Assembly: GCA_965217185.1 (NCBI GenBank)
Contig: OZ244252.1
Location: forward strand, 160,001 to 224,000
Source of the DNA: an uncultured Candidatus Entotheonella sp.
GTDB taxonomy: Bacteria > Tectomicrobia > Entotheonellia > Entotheonellales > Entotheonellaceae
Length of the DNA stretch: 64,000 nt
Direction: 5' to 3'
Shown: piece after piece, positions 41,032 through 51,200 of the stretch
Position numbering within the stretch: position 1 is the stretch's first letter
How the letters are laid out: every line of letters begins with the position of its first letter
Notes under the pieces: generated by a model
The model's database searches: none
What the model saw: the letters and a program-made list of their open reading frames with translations, nothing else
Told to the model about the DNA's origin: nothing
Made by a program: the position numbers and the translations under genes

Positions 41032-41215
41032 GTAGCTGTTCAACGTAATGCACAGGCATGATAAGTTGCCTCCCAGTAAGCTGCTGGCCATAGCTGGGAG
41101 GGATGATTGTGAAGAAGCTCTATGTGGTCCGTTTGAGTGAAGAAGAACGGGCCGAATTGACGAAACGGGTCAAGTTGCATCATCTCTATCCCGTGATCAA
41201 AGATTGACGCACTAC
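41032..41215 (+). mobile_element. IS630-derived MITE, family A copy 2 (184 bp)
   Basis: Differs from 36622-36806 by one indel and one substitution that I could see; TA duplication. Confidence 0.9.
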
Positions 41216-42347
41216 TAGAACGGTGGACATGTTTCTGCCGCGATTGAAGATCAGGAGTGCCGCTTTGGTATCACGCCAAGATGTGTAGCCAAGCAGTTGG
41301 TCCAGCGCTTTCGTCAGTCCTGTAGGTCCGGTCCAGAACTTGCACTCGGCAATGAAGATGTTCCTACCGTCTACTCTGATGAGAATGTCGGTTTTCCCTT
41401 CGAAATTGAAGGTTTCGCCCGTGGCCTGTCCTTCGTAGTGTCCGTTCAGCTGTACGAGAAAATGGGTTCGCAGGTCTTCCTCGCTCATGTCCCTGAATGC
41501 ACGCGGGCTGCGCTCCATGACGGTGACCATGTTCGAGAGGACGGATAGGATGTGCTCGTAATCATCCATGCCCAGAGCGGGTTCGGGCCTGAACGGCTCT
41601 GAAGAGGCTGTAGGCTTTTGAGGCGTGATGCGCCTCTTGACGTCTGGTGCCACGAACGTCGGTGGCGGGTTCTGACCGCGTCGAAGCGGAAAACCGATGC
41701 TCGCGACAAGGTCCCTGTCTTGAAGCAGTTTTTCACGCCTGGAGTTCAACCTTTGCTTGGCATTTTCTGGCAAAGCCGCGTTGAAAATGTTTATGCCAGC
41801 GTTCACTCGTCCTGCATGGACTTGGGTGTTTTCGAGATCTCGCTGAAAGGCGTTCCTAACCTTTGAGGTCCGGTCCTTAGTCAGGTCGTTGGCCAGGTCG
41901 TAGGTGAATACCAGTTCGTCACGTCTGACGGCGGCTCTTGGCGGGTTCAGGCTGTATGTCGAAGGCCGGCATTTGAACAGGTCCGGGTCTCCAGTGAAAG
42001 GCACGTAGAACGTGACGCGGGTGCCCGTGATGTAAAAGGGCTTACTCGTGTCAAGAATGAAGCGGCGGAAGTCTCCGCTTACGTCCACCTGAGCGTCGCC
42101 GTAATCAATCTGGATGCCTGGTTCGTTGATCGCTAGTGGGTCCAACCTCCACTTCTCGGTGAGGTATTTGACTATGTCTTCCATCGAAGTGTTCAAAACC
42201 TCGTTCTCGCTCATTGAGTTGATTTCCTTGGCGAGACCTTGCCCATGGTTTTCTATGGTCCCCTGCAGGTCGTAGGTATGTAACAACAGGTCCGGTATCG
42301 TTGCCAAGTCAGTCACGGTCCTTTCCTATTCTGAGCGTTCTTGGATT

Positions 42348-42809
42348 TCAGTCAGTTGGATCTGCACCTCTTCGCATACATATCGTTGCATCGCCGTACG
42401 GACCGCCGGATAGCGACTCTGGGCTGTGGTGTTCAATTTGCGGGCCTTGCCCCATTTTGCTGCGCCAGCGTCCGTTGGGCATCTGCACTGCTGCATGTTC
42501 AAATCGGCCTTGGAAGCCGTACAGGACTACCTTTTGGTAGCCGTCTTCGACGTTGCTGTCGTCGCATTGTTCGTATCCCAGGCCGGCGAATGCTTCCATC
42601 AGGCTTTCCATCCTGTTGTCCCGCGTTGCCGACGGAGGCCAGTAGTAAGGCCAGCTGGGCGACCACCATTTGGTTGTGTCGCCGGCGGCGTAAGCAATGC
42701 AATTGTACCCATCTGTGCACTCACCCACGAATTCGAAATCTTCGCAGGACAGATTGGGGAAGGATTCGATTAGCAATCGCGCGCAGCTAGACGTATCCAC
42801 TGCGCGCAC
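42348..42809 (-). CDS. Hypothetical protein with candidate Cys/His (papain-like) catalytic motifs
   Basis: YNCIAYA...HAAVQ...WRSKMG; start overlaps the end of the large RM gene. Confidence 0.75.
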   Translation of the reverse strand: MRAVDTSSCARLLIESFPNLSCEDFEFVGECTDGYNCIAYAAGDTTKWWSPSWPYYWPPSATRDNRMESLMEAFAGLGYEQCDDSNVEDGYQKVVLYGFQGRFEHAAVQMPNGRWRSKMGQGPQIEHHSPESLSGGPYGDATICMRRGADPTD

Positions 42810-45800
42810 CCCATTCCAGCCAGGACGCCTGCATCGCTTTAACGTTGCCGCGGTCAGGTGGCTGCACGGGGTTGGCGTTGGTGATTGCGTGTAGGGCGTG
42901 GAACCAGAGGCCCCCTTGCGCCTCCATCCTTTCCAGAATCAGAGGCACGGCAGGTTCGCCCATATTGACGATTTCCTGGTGGGCCGGGTGGGCAGCGGCC
43001 CGGTCTGAGTTCGACAGGAACACGGTTTCATTTTCCCATTGGTCGGCCAGTTGATGGAATCGCTCCCGGTCGGCGGGTTCTATGTCCACCGCGTCTCCGT
43101 ACTGGTTGTAGCCCAGACCCCGCACGTGCGGCTCCTTGTTCAGCAACTCACGCAGACGCGCCAGCTCCTCCACGTCCCAACCCATGGCCTCGGCCACGGC
43201 CTCGTCCCACAGTCGCCGCAATTTGCATTCCCCGTCCCGGAACTGCGGCACTTCCATGTTCTTGGTGCGCTCCCAGCAGTCGGCCAGGGCTTGGCGGATG
43301 CGGTCGTCTTTAGCGTTGGGGATGCGGATGTTCTCAATGGGTCTGGGGTTGTACTGCGGAAAGGCCAGTTTTCGCCCTGCATTTCGCAACAATTGAAGGC
43401 GGCCTGCAGTTGAGTTGATGAAAACGGCTATGGCCTTTGCTGCTTCTGCGTTTGGTCCTGTGACAGGCAGCCAACCGCGTCCAACGTATTTGTTGTCGTC
43501 GGCGATAGCGCTGACCCGGGCGGTGGATGGCGCCTGTCCGGATGTGACCAGCAGATTGCCTGCTTTCGCGAGCAATTTGTCCACCTCCGGGTAGGTTCCT
43601 CCATTCGCGATACGTTGCTCCTCGTCCGGGTTAGTCGGTTTCCATCGGGCATCCGGCGTACTGCGGATGGTAGTCTGCCCGTCGGCACCTTTTGAGCTAA
43701 TGATGGGGAAACTACCAAGATCGCCAGGCGCAGCTGGGATGAAGTTCTTCTTGTCCATCATCTGGAGGGTTGCTTCGCACGAATACCCGTGTTCGCGAAT
43801 CGTTCGCATTACTCGGTGAGTTGAAAACCGCCGGGATGCCTCGGCCAACTCAGGGGAGCGCCAGATGGCCGGCGTCCAGTCGCCTTCGGCGATACGCTCT
43901 GACGACCAGTACGACGCTTCACCCCAACCGTCGTGCAACGGGCCATCAGGGCAGTCCAGCAAGACTCGGTGCAGTTCTGCAACCTCTTCTTCGTCGTGGG
44001 GCATCCTCTCCAGATGGATGAATCGGGTTGGCGGTCCGATGCCGGCATGGCGCACGGCGATGACTATGCACTCGTCGATCTCTACATTCTGGCTCAATGT
44101 GAACTCTCGGGGCCAGCGGCCAGTAAGCACGGTGTGAATGTGGTAGCGTTGCGCCAGTATTTGACGTTCTTTCAGGCCCGAAGGGGCGGACAACGCGATG
44201 GTAGGCTCGATCATCGTTAATACACCATCATTCCGCTTCGCACAGTGGTCCGCTAGGGCCACGAACAGCGGCCTAATGGAGTTCTTGTCCCCGAATTCCA
44301 TCAAGCCGGGGTCTGCACTGATAAGAAGCCGCTCCATATCGTCCACGCGGGATCGTAGCGATTGTTGTATCCCTTTGGGAAACTTCTCTCCCATCTTGGA
44401 ACGATTGCTGAACGGCGGATTCATGATAACGATGCGGGCGTTTTTGGCCGCGTCAACGGCGTCCTCCAGCTCGGCGTCGTCGTGCTGGCCCCAGACGACT
44501 TGCGAGCCGATCTTCTCGTCGGCCAACCCCAACTCGTTGTCCCTGGGGACGATGGCCTTCTGGCCCAGCAGTTCCAGAGTGCCTACGGATACCCTGGCGG
44601 GATCCTCCGGTGACGGGCCGTAGGGCATCAGGTGCAGGCCCATCTTCCGGTACTGGATGTCCTGGTTCCCCGCCGTCAGCTGCGACGCCGCCAGTTGCAG
44701 CGACATCGGGTTGATGTCCAGTCCTTTGACGGTTTCTTCGACCGCCAGCTTTTGCAGTTGGGCGATTTTCAATTCGTCGGCGCCTTGCTCCTGCGCCCGC
44801 CGTTTCATCTCGGTGAGCATCGCGGCCAGCAGGGTTCCGCTGCCGCAGGCCAGGTCAACGGTCTTGTGGTCGCGCCACACCTGCGGGTCGCTCCAGTCCA
44901 CGTCGCCGCAGGCGTCCAGTGTCAGGCGTGCGGCGATGGACGCCGCCACCGGCCTGGTGAAGTAGGCGCCGTCGCTGGCTTGGTTGCCCATGAATTCATT
45001 GAAGATGGGGCCGGCGTGGTCGGTGCCCATGTCGGCGTAGGTCGCTGCGATTTCCTGGGCGGCGGCGGCCACGTGGTGCAGGGCCTTTTCCAGGCCGGCT
45101 AACTTACCGGTGTTTTCGGAGGCATACACGGTTTCCAGGGCGGGTTCCAGCACGGCCCGGAAGTCGTGGCGCATGATGCGTTCCCACTCCCGGCACAGTC
45201 GTTTCACAACGTATACGTCGTTCTTGACCTCCGCCAAGTCGCTGACGCCGGACAGCCAGTTGCCATTGGCGATGCGTTGGTGGAGCATGGCGGCGTTCAT
45301 CAGCAGCAAGGCGGCGACGTTACAGCTGTCGTTGCGCTTGCCCTCTGCCAGGTTATCCATTTGAAAGTGGCGGTCCAGCGGGGACTGCAGGCCGTCCTCT
45401 CGCAGGTGGCGGCCTGCTTCCAGCACGCAGTCCCGCAAAATGTTCAAGTCGCGTTCGACCTTGTTCCCTTTCAGACCGGACTTGGTGAGCAGGGCCATCC
45501 GGATGGCCCTGGTGTTTTCTTTGAGACCGGTCAGTAGCAGCATTTGCAGCGCGTTCCGGTTGCTGCGTTCCATAGGATCCCGGGGCTTCCGCTTGCTGGT
45601 GTGCTCCACGCGCACGCCTTCGCCGTTGTTCACCATGCGGCGCGCCTTGTCTTTGGTGCCCTCGAGGTCGATGGGGCCGAGGGTTCTGTCCGGTCTGGGC
45701 TCTTCCCGAGGAGCGCGGTCAACCCGCGTTTCGGTGCTGCCGTCAGCGTTCTGGTGCGTCGTCAGCACCGTGTAGATGTCGTGGGCCGTAACGTTGTCTG

Positions 45801-48285
45801 GCGTTAATGGACCCTGTTGTGCTTCGTTTATCTGGTGTTGTGGGCCGGACGACCAGGGCGGCGCGCCGGACTCGTTAATCGCGGCCGTCTCCGGCTCTGG
45901 AGTGCGTTGCGGCTGAAGAGTTGCCGGCTGTTGCGTACCGTACGCTCCCGGCGCGTCCAGCGTGGCTACTGCGGACTTGGTTTCCGAGTAAACCGCGGGT
46001 TCTTCTCTGATCCGCCATTGCAGTTCATTGAGGGGTCGCAATCCTATGTCCTGGGGGCGAGCCTTGCGCTCGACGACCTGTTCGGCGGCTCTCTGGGCAT
46101 CGCCTACGGGTCCTACGTGGTAGTGGTGGCGGATGTAGCCGGATTCCTGGTTCGCCACGCTGACGGCAGTGGCTACTACCTCCTGCGGCGGCGGAACGTA
46201 GAGCGTCATCAGTTCCGACAGTTGATCTTCAATGCGTTCGTCGTGGGCGCGCAGGGCCAGCAGTATCTGGCCCAACTCCTGCCAGCCGTCTTCCTTGCTG
46301 CTGGTTTGCAACCATTCTTCCGGGTCGGCCTGCGGCGGTATCACGATAGGGCAGATGATGTAGCCTATCTCTTTGCCCGGCGCGGTGCGCATGGCGCGTC
46401 CCACCGCCTGAATCACGTCGATCGGGCTCTTGCGGGGTTCCAGGAATGCCACTGCACTCAGCGACGGGGAGTCGGTGCCCTCGCCGAAGATACCTACGTT
46501 CAGGATGCCGTGGGGCGCTGCTGACGTTGCGCTGGCCAGGTTGCCCTTGGCCTGCTCGCGTAGCAGGATATTGGAGGATGCGTCCAGGTGTTCCAGCTCG
46601 TACTTGGCGGCTTGCCGGCCGGGCAGGTTGTCGTCCAGGTATTTCTGAATCCATTCCCTGGCCGTGTCGGATTGGAGGTCCTTGGCCATGTTCTTGGACT
46701 TGTCCACCGTGTTCATAAAAGCGATACACGATTGAATCGCTACTTGTTTCTCTGCGTCATCGTCCTGCTGGGTAGCGTTGCCCATGGCGAGAGCGAAGGC
46801 CAGCCCCCTGATGTAGTGGTCGGTGGTGAGGGCCTGCCGCCCTTTACTTTGGGTATTTTTGGCGAGCAGGTTGGCGGCTCGATATGCTTCGGGGTCGTTT
46901 ACGCCGATGGCGATGATGCGGTAGTCAGACAGCCAGCCATTGTTCACGGCGTCAATGTAGCTGCGTCGGTAGATTTCCACGCCGAAGACCGTTTCGTCGT
47001 CCATTGACCGGACGACCCACTCATCGTTCTTACGCTGAACTTTCTTCTGGTCGTACACCTTGGGCGTGGCGGTCTGGTATATGCGGTAGGTGGCGGGGAA
47101 GGCGTCGTTGTCGTGGCAGAGGGTGAAGTTCCGCAGGTTCGGATTCTTTTTGCTTTGCGCGTTTTTGCGCAGGCCGGCCGTACGGTGGGCTTCGTCCCCG
47201 ATCATCACGCTGGCGGCGGTTTTTGTGTCCCGTAGGGCTTCGGCGACGCGGTGCGCACTTTGGTAGGTGCCGAAGATGACGCCAATGTCCGGGCGTTGTT
47301 TAGCTGCCTCAATCCATTCACCGATTTCCCCGGCGTCGGTGGTGACCGGCCCCTTGATTACAGATGCGCTGACGTTGCTGCTGTCAGCGGTGGGGTCCGT
47401 GGTAGTGTTGCGTCTTTCTTCTTTCTTGGGGTCGTAGCCGGCCGTTTCGTCGGAGCAGACGGCCAGGGCGTTGATTGGGCCGCCGGCGTGTTGCAGGTAC
47501 TCCCGCCGGATTTGGGCTACCAAGGCGATGGAGGGGCACAGTACGACGGAAACGCCGCCGGCGGGAGTCAATGATTCAACGATTCGCAGCGAAATACGGG
47601 TCTTGCCAGTTCCGCAAGGAAGGATGATTTTGCCGCGGGCTTGGCCGACCGGCAGTCCGCCGTTGGCACTCTGGACATGGTCTTGGAGAACGCGGATTGC
47701 AGTGGCGACGGCTTCATCCTGCATACACTGCTTGGTCTGGCGTGCCGTCTCCGGTGCGTCCGGTTCGCAGTGGGGGCAAGGCTGCTCGTCCTGTCCGTAG
47801 CCTTGATTCAGCAGGTCGGCGTGGATGTTGATGGGCTTGATAGGGCGGTCAACGCCCCCCATGGAGAGAGCTTGAACGGCCTGTTGGCTGAAGGGCGCTT
47901 CGCCGTTGACAACCAGCCAGCGTTCCGCCCAGAACGGGTTGGAAGATGCGTTTGCAAAAGAGTCCAGTTCGCTTTTCTGGATTGCTACTGGTACGCCATT
48001 CTCGAGACGTCGGGACTTGCACTGGATGGCAACGTGACGTCTGTCACTACGCCGCACGGCCACGACGTCTATGCCGATGTCCTGATTGGTGGAGCCGGAG
48101 AAGGCCGTTTCCCGGTCCGGCCATTCCGTCCAGGCCCAGCACCGGGCGATGTCCCATTCCTTGATGTAGGGGCCGACATATGCGGTAAGGTCTTCCAGCC
48201 ATTTGCCGCTTGACTGCTGGTCTCTCATTGATTCCAGCTTGTCGATTGCCCGTTCGGTGATTTCGGCTGGGGTTCCGGTTTGCAT
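42787..48285 (-). CDS. Type ISP-like single-chain restriction-modification enzyme (Mrr-like nuclease + SF2 helicase + N6-adenine MTase + TRD) with an extra C-terminal domain
   Basis: DIGIDVVA...AIQCK; LPCGTGKT, DEAHRT, TATP, QAVGRAMR; GAYFT, DLACGSGTLL, NPPF; RBS AAGGAG. Confidence 0.88.
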   Translation of the reverse strand: MQTGTPAEITERAIDKLESMRDQQSSGKWLEDLTAYVGPYIKEWDIARCWAWTEWPDRETAFSGSTNQDIGIDVVAVRRSDRRHVAIQCKSRRLENGVPVAIQKSELDSFANASSNPFWAERWLVVNGEAPFSQQAVQALSMGGVDRPIKPINIHADLLNQGYGQDEQPCPHCEPDAPETARQTKQCMQDEAVATAIRVLQDHVQSANGGLPVGQARGKIILPCGTGKTRISLRIVESLTPAGGVSVVLCPSIALVAQIRREYLQHAGGPINALAVCSDETAGYDPKKEERRNTTTDPTADSSNVSASVIKGPVTTDAGEIGEWIEAAKQRPDIGVIFGTYQSAHRVAEALRDTKTAASVMIGDEAHRTAGLRKNAQSKKNPNLRNFTLCHDNDAFPATYRIYQTATPKVYDQKKVQRKNDEWVVRSMDDETVFGVEIYRRSYIDAVNNGWLSDYRIIAIGVNDPEAYRAANLLAKNTQSKGRQALTTDHYIRGLAFALAMGNATQQDDDAEKQVAIQSCIAFMNTVDKSKNMAKDLQSDTAREWIQKYLDDNLPGRQAAKYELEHLDASSNILLREQAKGNLASATSAAPHGILNVGIFGEGTDSPSLSAVAFLEPRKSPIDVIQAVGRAMRTAPGKEIGYIICPIVIPPQADPEEWLQTSSKEDGWQELGQILLALRAHDERIEDQLSELMTLYVPPPQEVVATAVSVANQESGYIRHHYHVGPVGDAQRAAEQVVERKARPQDIGLRPLNELQWRIREEPAVYSETKSAVATLDAPGAYGTQQPATLQPQRTPEPETAAINESGAPPWSSGPQHQINEAQQGPLTPDNVTAHDIYTVLTTHQNADGSTETRVDRAPREEPRPDRTLGPIDLEGTKDKARRMVNNGEGVRVEHTSKRKPRDPMERSNRNALQMLLLTGLKENTRAIRMALLTKSGLKGNKVERDLNILRDCVLEAGRHLREDGLQSPLDRHFQMDNLAEGKRNDSCNVAALLLMNAAMLHQRIANGNWLSGVSDLAEVKNDVYVVKRLCREWERIMRHDFRAVLEPALETVYASENTGKLAGLEKALHHVAAAAQEIAATYADMGTDHAGPIFNEFMGNQASDGAYFTRPVAASIAARLTLDACGDVDWSDPQVWRDHKTVDLACGSGTLLAAMLTEMKRRAQEQGADELKIAQLQKLAVEETVKGLDINPMSLQLAASQLTAGNQDIQYRKMGLHLMPYGPSPEDPARVSVGTLELLGQKAIVPRDNELGLADEKIGSQVVWGQHDDAELEDAVDAAKNARIVIMNPPFSNRSKMGEKFPKGIQQSLRSRVDDMERLLISADPGLMEFGDKNSIRPLFVALADHCAKRNDGVLTMIEPTIALSAPSGLKERQILAQRYHIHTVLTGRWPREFTLSQNVEIDECIVIAVRHAGIGPPTRFIHLERMPHDEEEVAELHRVLLDCPDGPLHDGWGEASYWSSERIAEGDWTPAIWRSPELAEASRRFSTHRVMRTIREHGYSCEATLQMMDKKNFIPAAPGDLGSFPIISSKGADGQTTIRSTPDARWKPTNPDEEQRIANGGTYPEVDKLLAKAGNLLVTSGQAPSTARVSAIADDNKYVGRGWLPVTGPNAEAAKAIAVFINSTAGRLQLLRNAGRKLAFPQYNPRPIENIRIPNAKDDRIRQALADCWERTKNMEVPQFRDGECKLRRLWDEAVAEAMGWDVEELARLRELLNKEPHVRGLGYNQYGDAVDIEPADRERFHQLADQWENETVFLSNSDRAAAHPAHQEIVNMGEPAVPLILERMEAQGGLWFHALHAITNANPVQPPDRGNVKAMQASWLEWGARSGYV

Positions 48286-48784
48286 TTGCTTGGCTCCTTT
48301 TTGGCTTGAAGTCGTAGCAGCGCTACCGTTTCCCGCTGTTTAAGGGGTATTCGCTACTGTTCGGTTCCGGCGAATTTGGCCCGAGTTGACGCCCATCAGT
48401 ACTCTACTTTCGAACTTGGAACAAGCAAGCCCAAAACTGATGGAAGGGTATCCTGGCGAAGTTGTGCTCGGTGTGTGAGGACGTGTATCCGGGGCACGCC
48501 AGGATTTGGCACTTCGGTATGTAATTCCCCTCCAAAAGCCCCCCCCTGACAATGGGGTTGGGGGGTCGCACGGATTGCCGGCAACCGAACGAGCCTTCAC
48601 GCTGAAAAGCCTCAGATTGCCAAGCGCGTAACATCACAGAGTAAGAATTTTCTGGATGAGGTGCCCGTGAACCCGTTTTGGCCGGAGTCGAGCAAGCCTT
48701 TGCGAAAATTCCTGGTATCAACTGGTATCAACGTGAACGCGCTTTAGCTTGATCGAACGGCGGCCGACGTCGAGCCCCGTCAGA

Positions 48785-48846
48785 AGGGGCTTGCGGCCGA
48801 AATGTGGGAGGCGTTGCAGAAGAGCCATGGATAGAAGTCAACTCCC
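48785..48846. repeat. Second copy of the pilM 5' direct repeat (truncated pilM remnant ~48730-48828)
   Basis: Encodes MALLQRLPHFGRKPLLTGLDVGRRSIKL, then breaks off. Confidence 0.92.
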
Positions 48847-48853
48847 GGCGAAA

Positions 48854-49963
48854 ATGTTCTGGCACTTGCGGAAAAATTGGCACTTTCGGCATCAGCGCGG
48901 GACACAGGAAATCTCCCTGGCGGAGACGGTCAAGGGCCTGCAAGCGCTGCTGCTTGATGACGTGGCGGCGGTCCTGTCGGACACGCTGCGTCAGGTGTTT
49001 TCACGCCCTGTGAGCCTCTCCGAACTCCACCGTCTCGACATTGCTTTTTTCCAGGAGGGTCGTGAGCAGCGCGTCTGGCGCGCCCAAGCCAGCCTGCAAG
49101 ACGGTGCCGTGGGTATATTCGGCCTCATTATAGCGCGGTCTATGGGAGCTAGTCATGACGTGACGCAGCGCGATTTCGGGAATCTGCAGCGCCTGTCCGA
49201 ATTGCAGCCGCGCTACTGCGTGCGGCCTTATGTGCAAGCGACGGCACCGGTGGCCGACGGCCTGGCGGCGTACACGGTGCAATGGTGCGAGTCGCACAAG
49301 GAACTGGTGTTCGAGGTGAGCCGCGACGGCGGCACCTTTCTGATCAACAATCCCAAGGCGCACCGTCATTTCAGCCCGGCGTCGTCCCGCGGCGTTTGGC
49401 GGCGGATTGCGGAGGTGTTGTGCTGGTATCCGGGTCTGCGGGGCGTCAACGTGCAGGCGGGGGATTTCATCGGCCGGGTGGAACCGGACGGGCAGGTTGA
49501 CCTGAAGCTGACGACAGGGCGGCAGATGACGGCAGATACGTCACCGGAAACGCACGTCGCGGCCATGCTGCGGGACATGATCACGGCAAGCGGCTACCTG
49601 AGCGACGGGCGGCAGCCTTTCGACCGCGGCATGTCTTGCGAAACTTTTATGTTGCGTATGCGGGGGGTGCTGGAGCGGCGGTTTGGCGACAGGGCAGCGG
49701 CGATGGCGCAGCAGCAGTGGGAGCTGTTTCGGGCCGGCGTCTTTGCCCGGCAAGAAGATTGGCTGAAGGAAGACTGTGTGCTGGGGACCTTCGATCGCTG
49801 GCGGGCCGATTATCCGGCGGACGCGGCTTGGCGTGAGACGAAACAGCGATGGCTGGCCTATGCCGAGGCGGTACGGACTGGCCGCATGGCGCCGTCGTGG
49901 TGGTTCCCGGCGGGGGAAATTCCGGAGTTGCTGGAGCGGCTGGGGCAACGGCTCAAAACATGA
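48854..49963 (+). CDS. Hypothetical protein (~370 aa; start uncertain)
   Basis: Long ORF with plausible composition filling the gap before hflC; no family recognised. Confidence 0.75.
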   Translation: MFWHLRKNWHFRHQRGTQEISLAETVKGLQALLLDDVAAVLSDTLRQVFSRPVSLSELHRLDIAFFQEGREQRVWRAQASLQDGAVGIFGLIIARSMGASHDVTQRDFGNLQRLSELQPRYCVRPYVQATAPVADGLAAYTVQWCESHKELVFEVSRDGGTFLINNPKAHRHFSPASSRGVWRRIAEVLCWYPGLRGVNVQAGDFIGRVEPDGQVDLKLTTGRQMTADTSPETHVAAMLRDMITASGYLSDGRQPFDRGMSCETFMLRMRGVLERRFGDRAAAMAQQQWELFRAGVFARQEDWLKEDCVLGTFDRWRADYPADAAWRETKQRWLAYAEAVRTGRMAPSWWFPAGEIPELLERLGQRLKT

Positions 49964-49977
49964 TTTTGAACAGGGAC

Positions 49978-50005
49978 GGCCGGGCCAGGATGACCTGGCC
50001 CGGCC
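49978..50005. terminator. Hairpin between convergent genes
   Basis: GGCCGGGCCAGG ATGA CCTGGCCCGGCC, 12-bp stem. Confidence 0.55.
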
Positions 50006-50011
50006 TCGCTT

Positions 50012-51187
50012 CTACTGCGTCCGTTCACCCATCGGCCCGCCGCTGGGCGCTTGGCCGTCGCCATCCATCGGTGCCGGCGCGACTTCCGGTATCACCGCCG
50101 CCGGCGCGAGGCCGTCAGGCAGGGTGGGCTCCGTGCTCATCAGGCCGTTCGCGTGATTCAGGTAACGGTAAAAATCGCTGTCCGTGGTCAACAGCAGGCT
50201 GGAGTTGCCTTTCAGCGTTTTCTTGTACGCCGCCAATGTCTGGATAAAGGTGTAAAACTCGGGTGCCTGGCCATAAGAGGCGGCGTAAATACCCGCTGCC
50301 TCGGCATCGGCTTTACCGATAACCTCCTGCGCCAGACGATACGCATTGGAGCGCAAGCTATCGATTTCCTTCTCTTTCTCGCCGCGAATCTTGGCGCTCT
50401 CACCGTCGCCGATCGAACGGAAACGCGCCGCAATACGTTGACGTTCGGAAATCATGCGCTCATACACCCGCTGCTCCACCTCCTCAACATAGTTGATGCT
50501 CTTGATGCGCACGTCGATCAATTCGATGCCGAAATTCGGCAGATTCTCCTGCGCTCGCTCGACCATGAGTTGAGTCAGGCCGTCCCGCCCCAGACGGGCC
50601 TTCTGCATGGCATCCGGAAGCACGGCCTGATCCGGCGCCGGGGCAACGGACTGCGCCTGTCCCGCGTCCGGCTCGGCGTCAGCCGCGGGCGCAGGGCTGG
50701 CATCCGCCAGTAAACCATCCACCACCCGCCGCTCGCTGCCCTCAAGGCTGTCCAGCGGCAGTTCGCGGTTGGAGTTGCGCACCGATTCGATCAGCAGGTG
50801 GGAACTCACCACGTCGCGCGCCGCCGAGTCAATCAGATCGTCCAAGCGGCTTTGAGCGGATCGCTCGGTCTTGACCGCCTTGAGAAACTGCAGCGGATCG
50901 ACAATACGCCAGCGCGCCGTCGTATCCAGCTTGATGAAGCGTTTGTCCAGGGTCGGGATCTCGTCCGGTGAGCCGTCCCATTCCAGAATGCGTTTTTCGA
51001 AACGCCGCACACGCTGAATAAACGGCGCCTTGACCCTCAGCCCCGGCGTTGAGATGGCGTCACCGACCGGCTCGCCGAACTGCGTGATGATAACCAAGTC
51101 CGTCTCGTCCACTTGGTAGAGGGCCCCGCCGACCGTCATCAACACGGCCACTACGACCACGCCAACTACGGCAACTAATTTGTTCAT
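50012..51187 (-). CDS. hflC: Protease modulator HflC
   Basis: IITQFGEP, TLDKRFI..DTTARWRIVDP, VYERMISERQRIA, PEFYTF. Confidence 0.93.
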   Translation of the reverse strand: MNKLVAVVGVVVVAVLMTVGGALYQVDETDLVIITQFGEPVGDAISTPGLRVKAPFIQRVRRFEKRILEWDGSPDEIPTLDKRFIKLDTTARWRIVDPLQFLKAVKTERSAQSRLDDLIDSAARDVVSSHLLIESVRNSNRELPLDSLEGSERRVVDGLLADASPAPAADAEPDAGQAQSVAPAPDQAVLPDAMQKARLGRDGLTQLMVERAQENLPNFGIELIDVRIKSINYVEEVEQRVYERMISERQRIAARFRSIGDGESAKIRGEKEKEIDSLRSNAYRLAQEVIGKADAEAAGIYAASYGQAPEFYTFIQTLAAYKKTLKGNSSLLLTTDSDFYRYLNHANGLMSTEPTLPDGLAPAAVIPEVAPAPMDGDGQAPSGGPMGERTQ

Positions 51188-51200
51188 TGCGTCATCTCCT

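Larger units (their letters stand above)
40758..42316 (-). pseudogene. Protein with a C-terminal PD-(D/E)xK-like nuclease domain, interrupted by two adjacent MITEs
   Basis: EEDLR...GETFNFEGKTDILI...FIAECKFW; removing both MITEs restores RNMSTVL|EGITKTVREHPNY...VFDVPA*. Confidence 0.8.
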
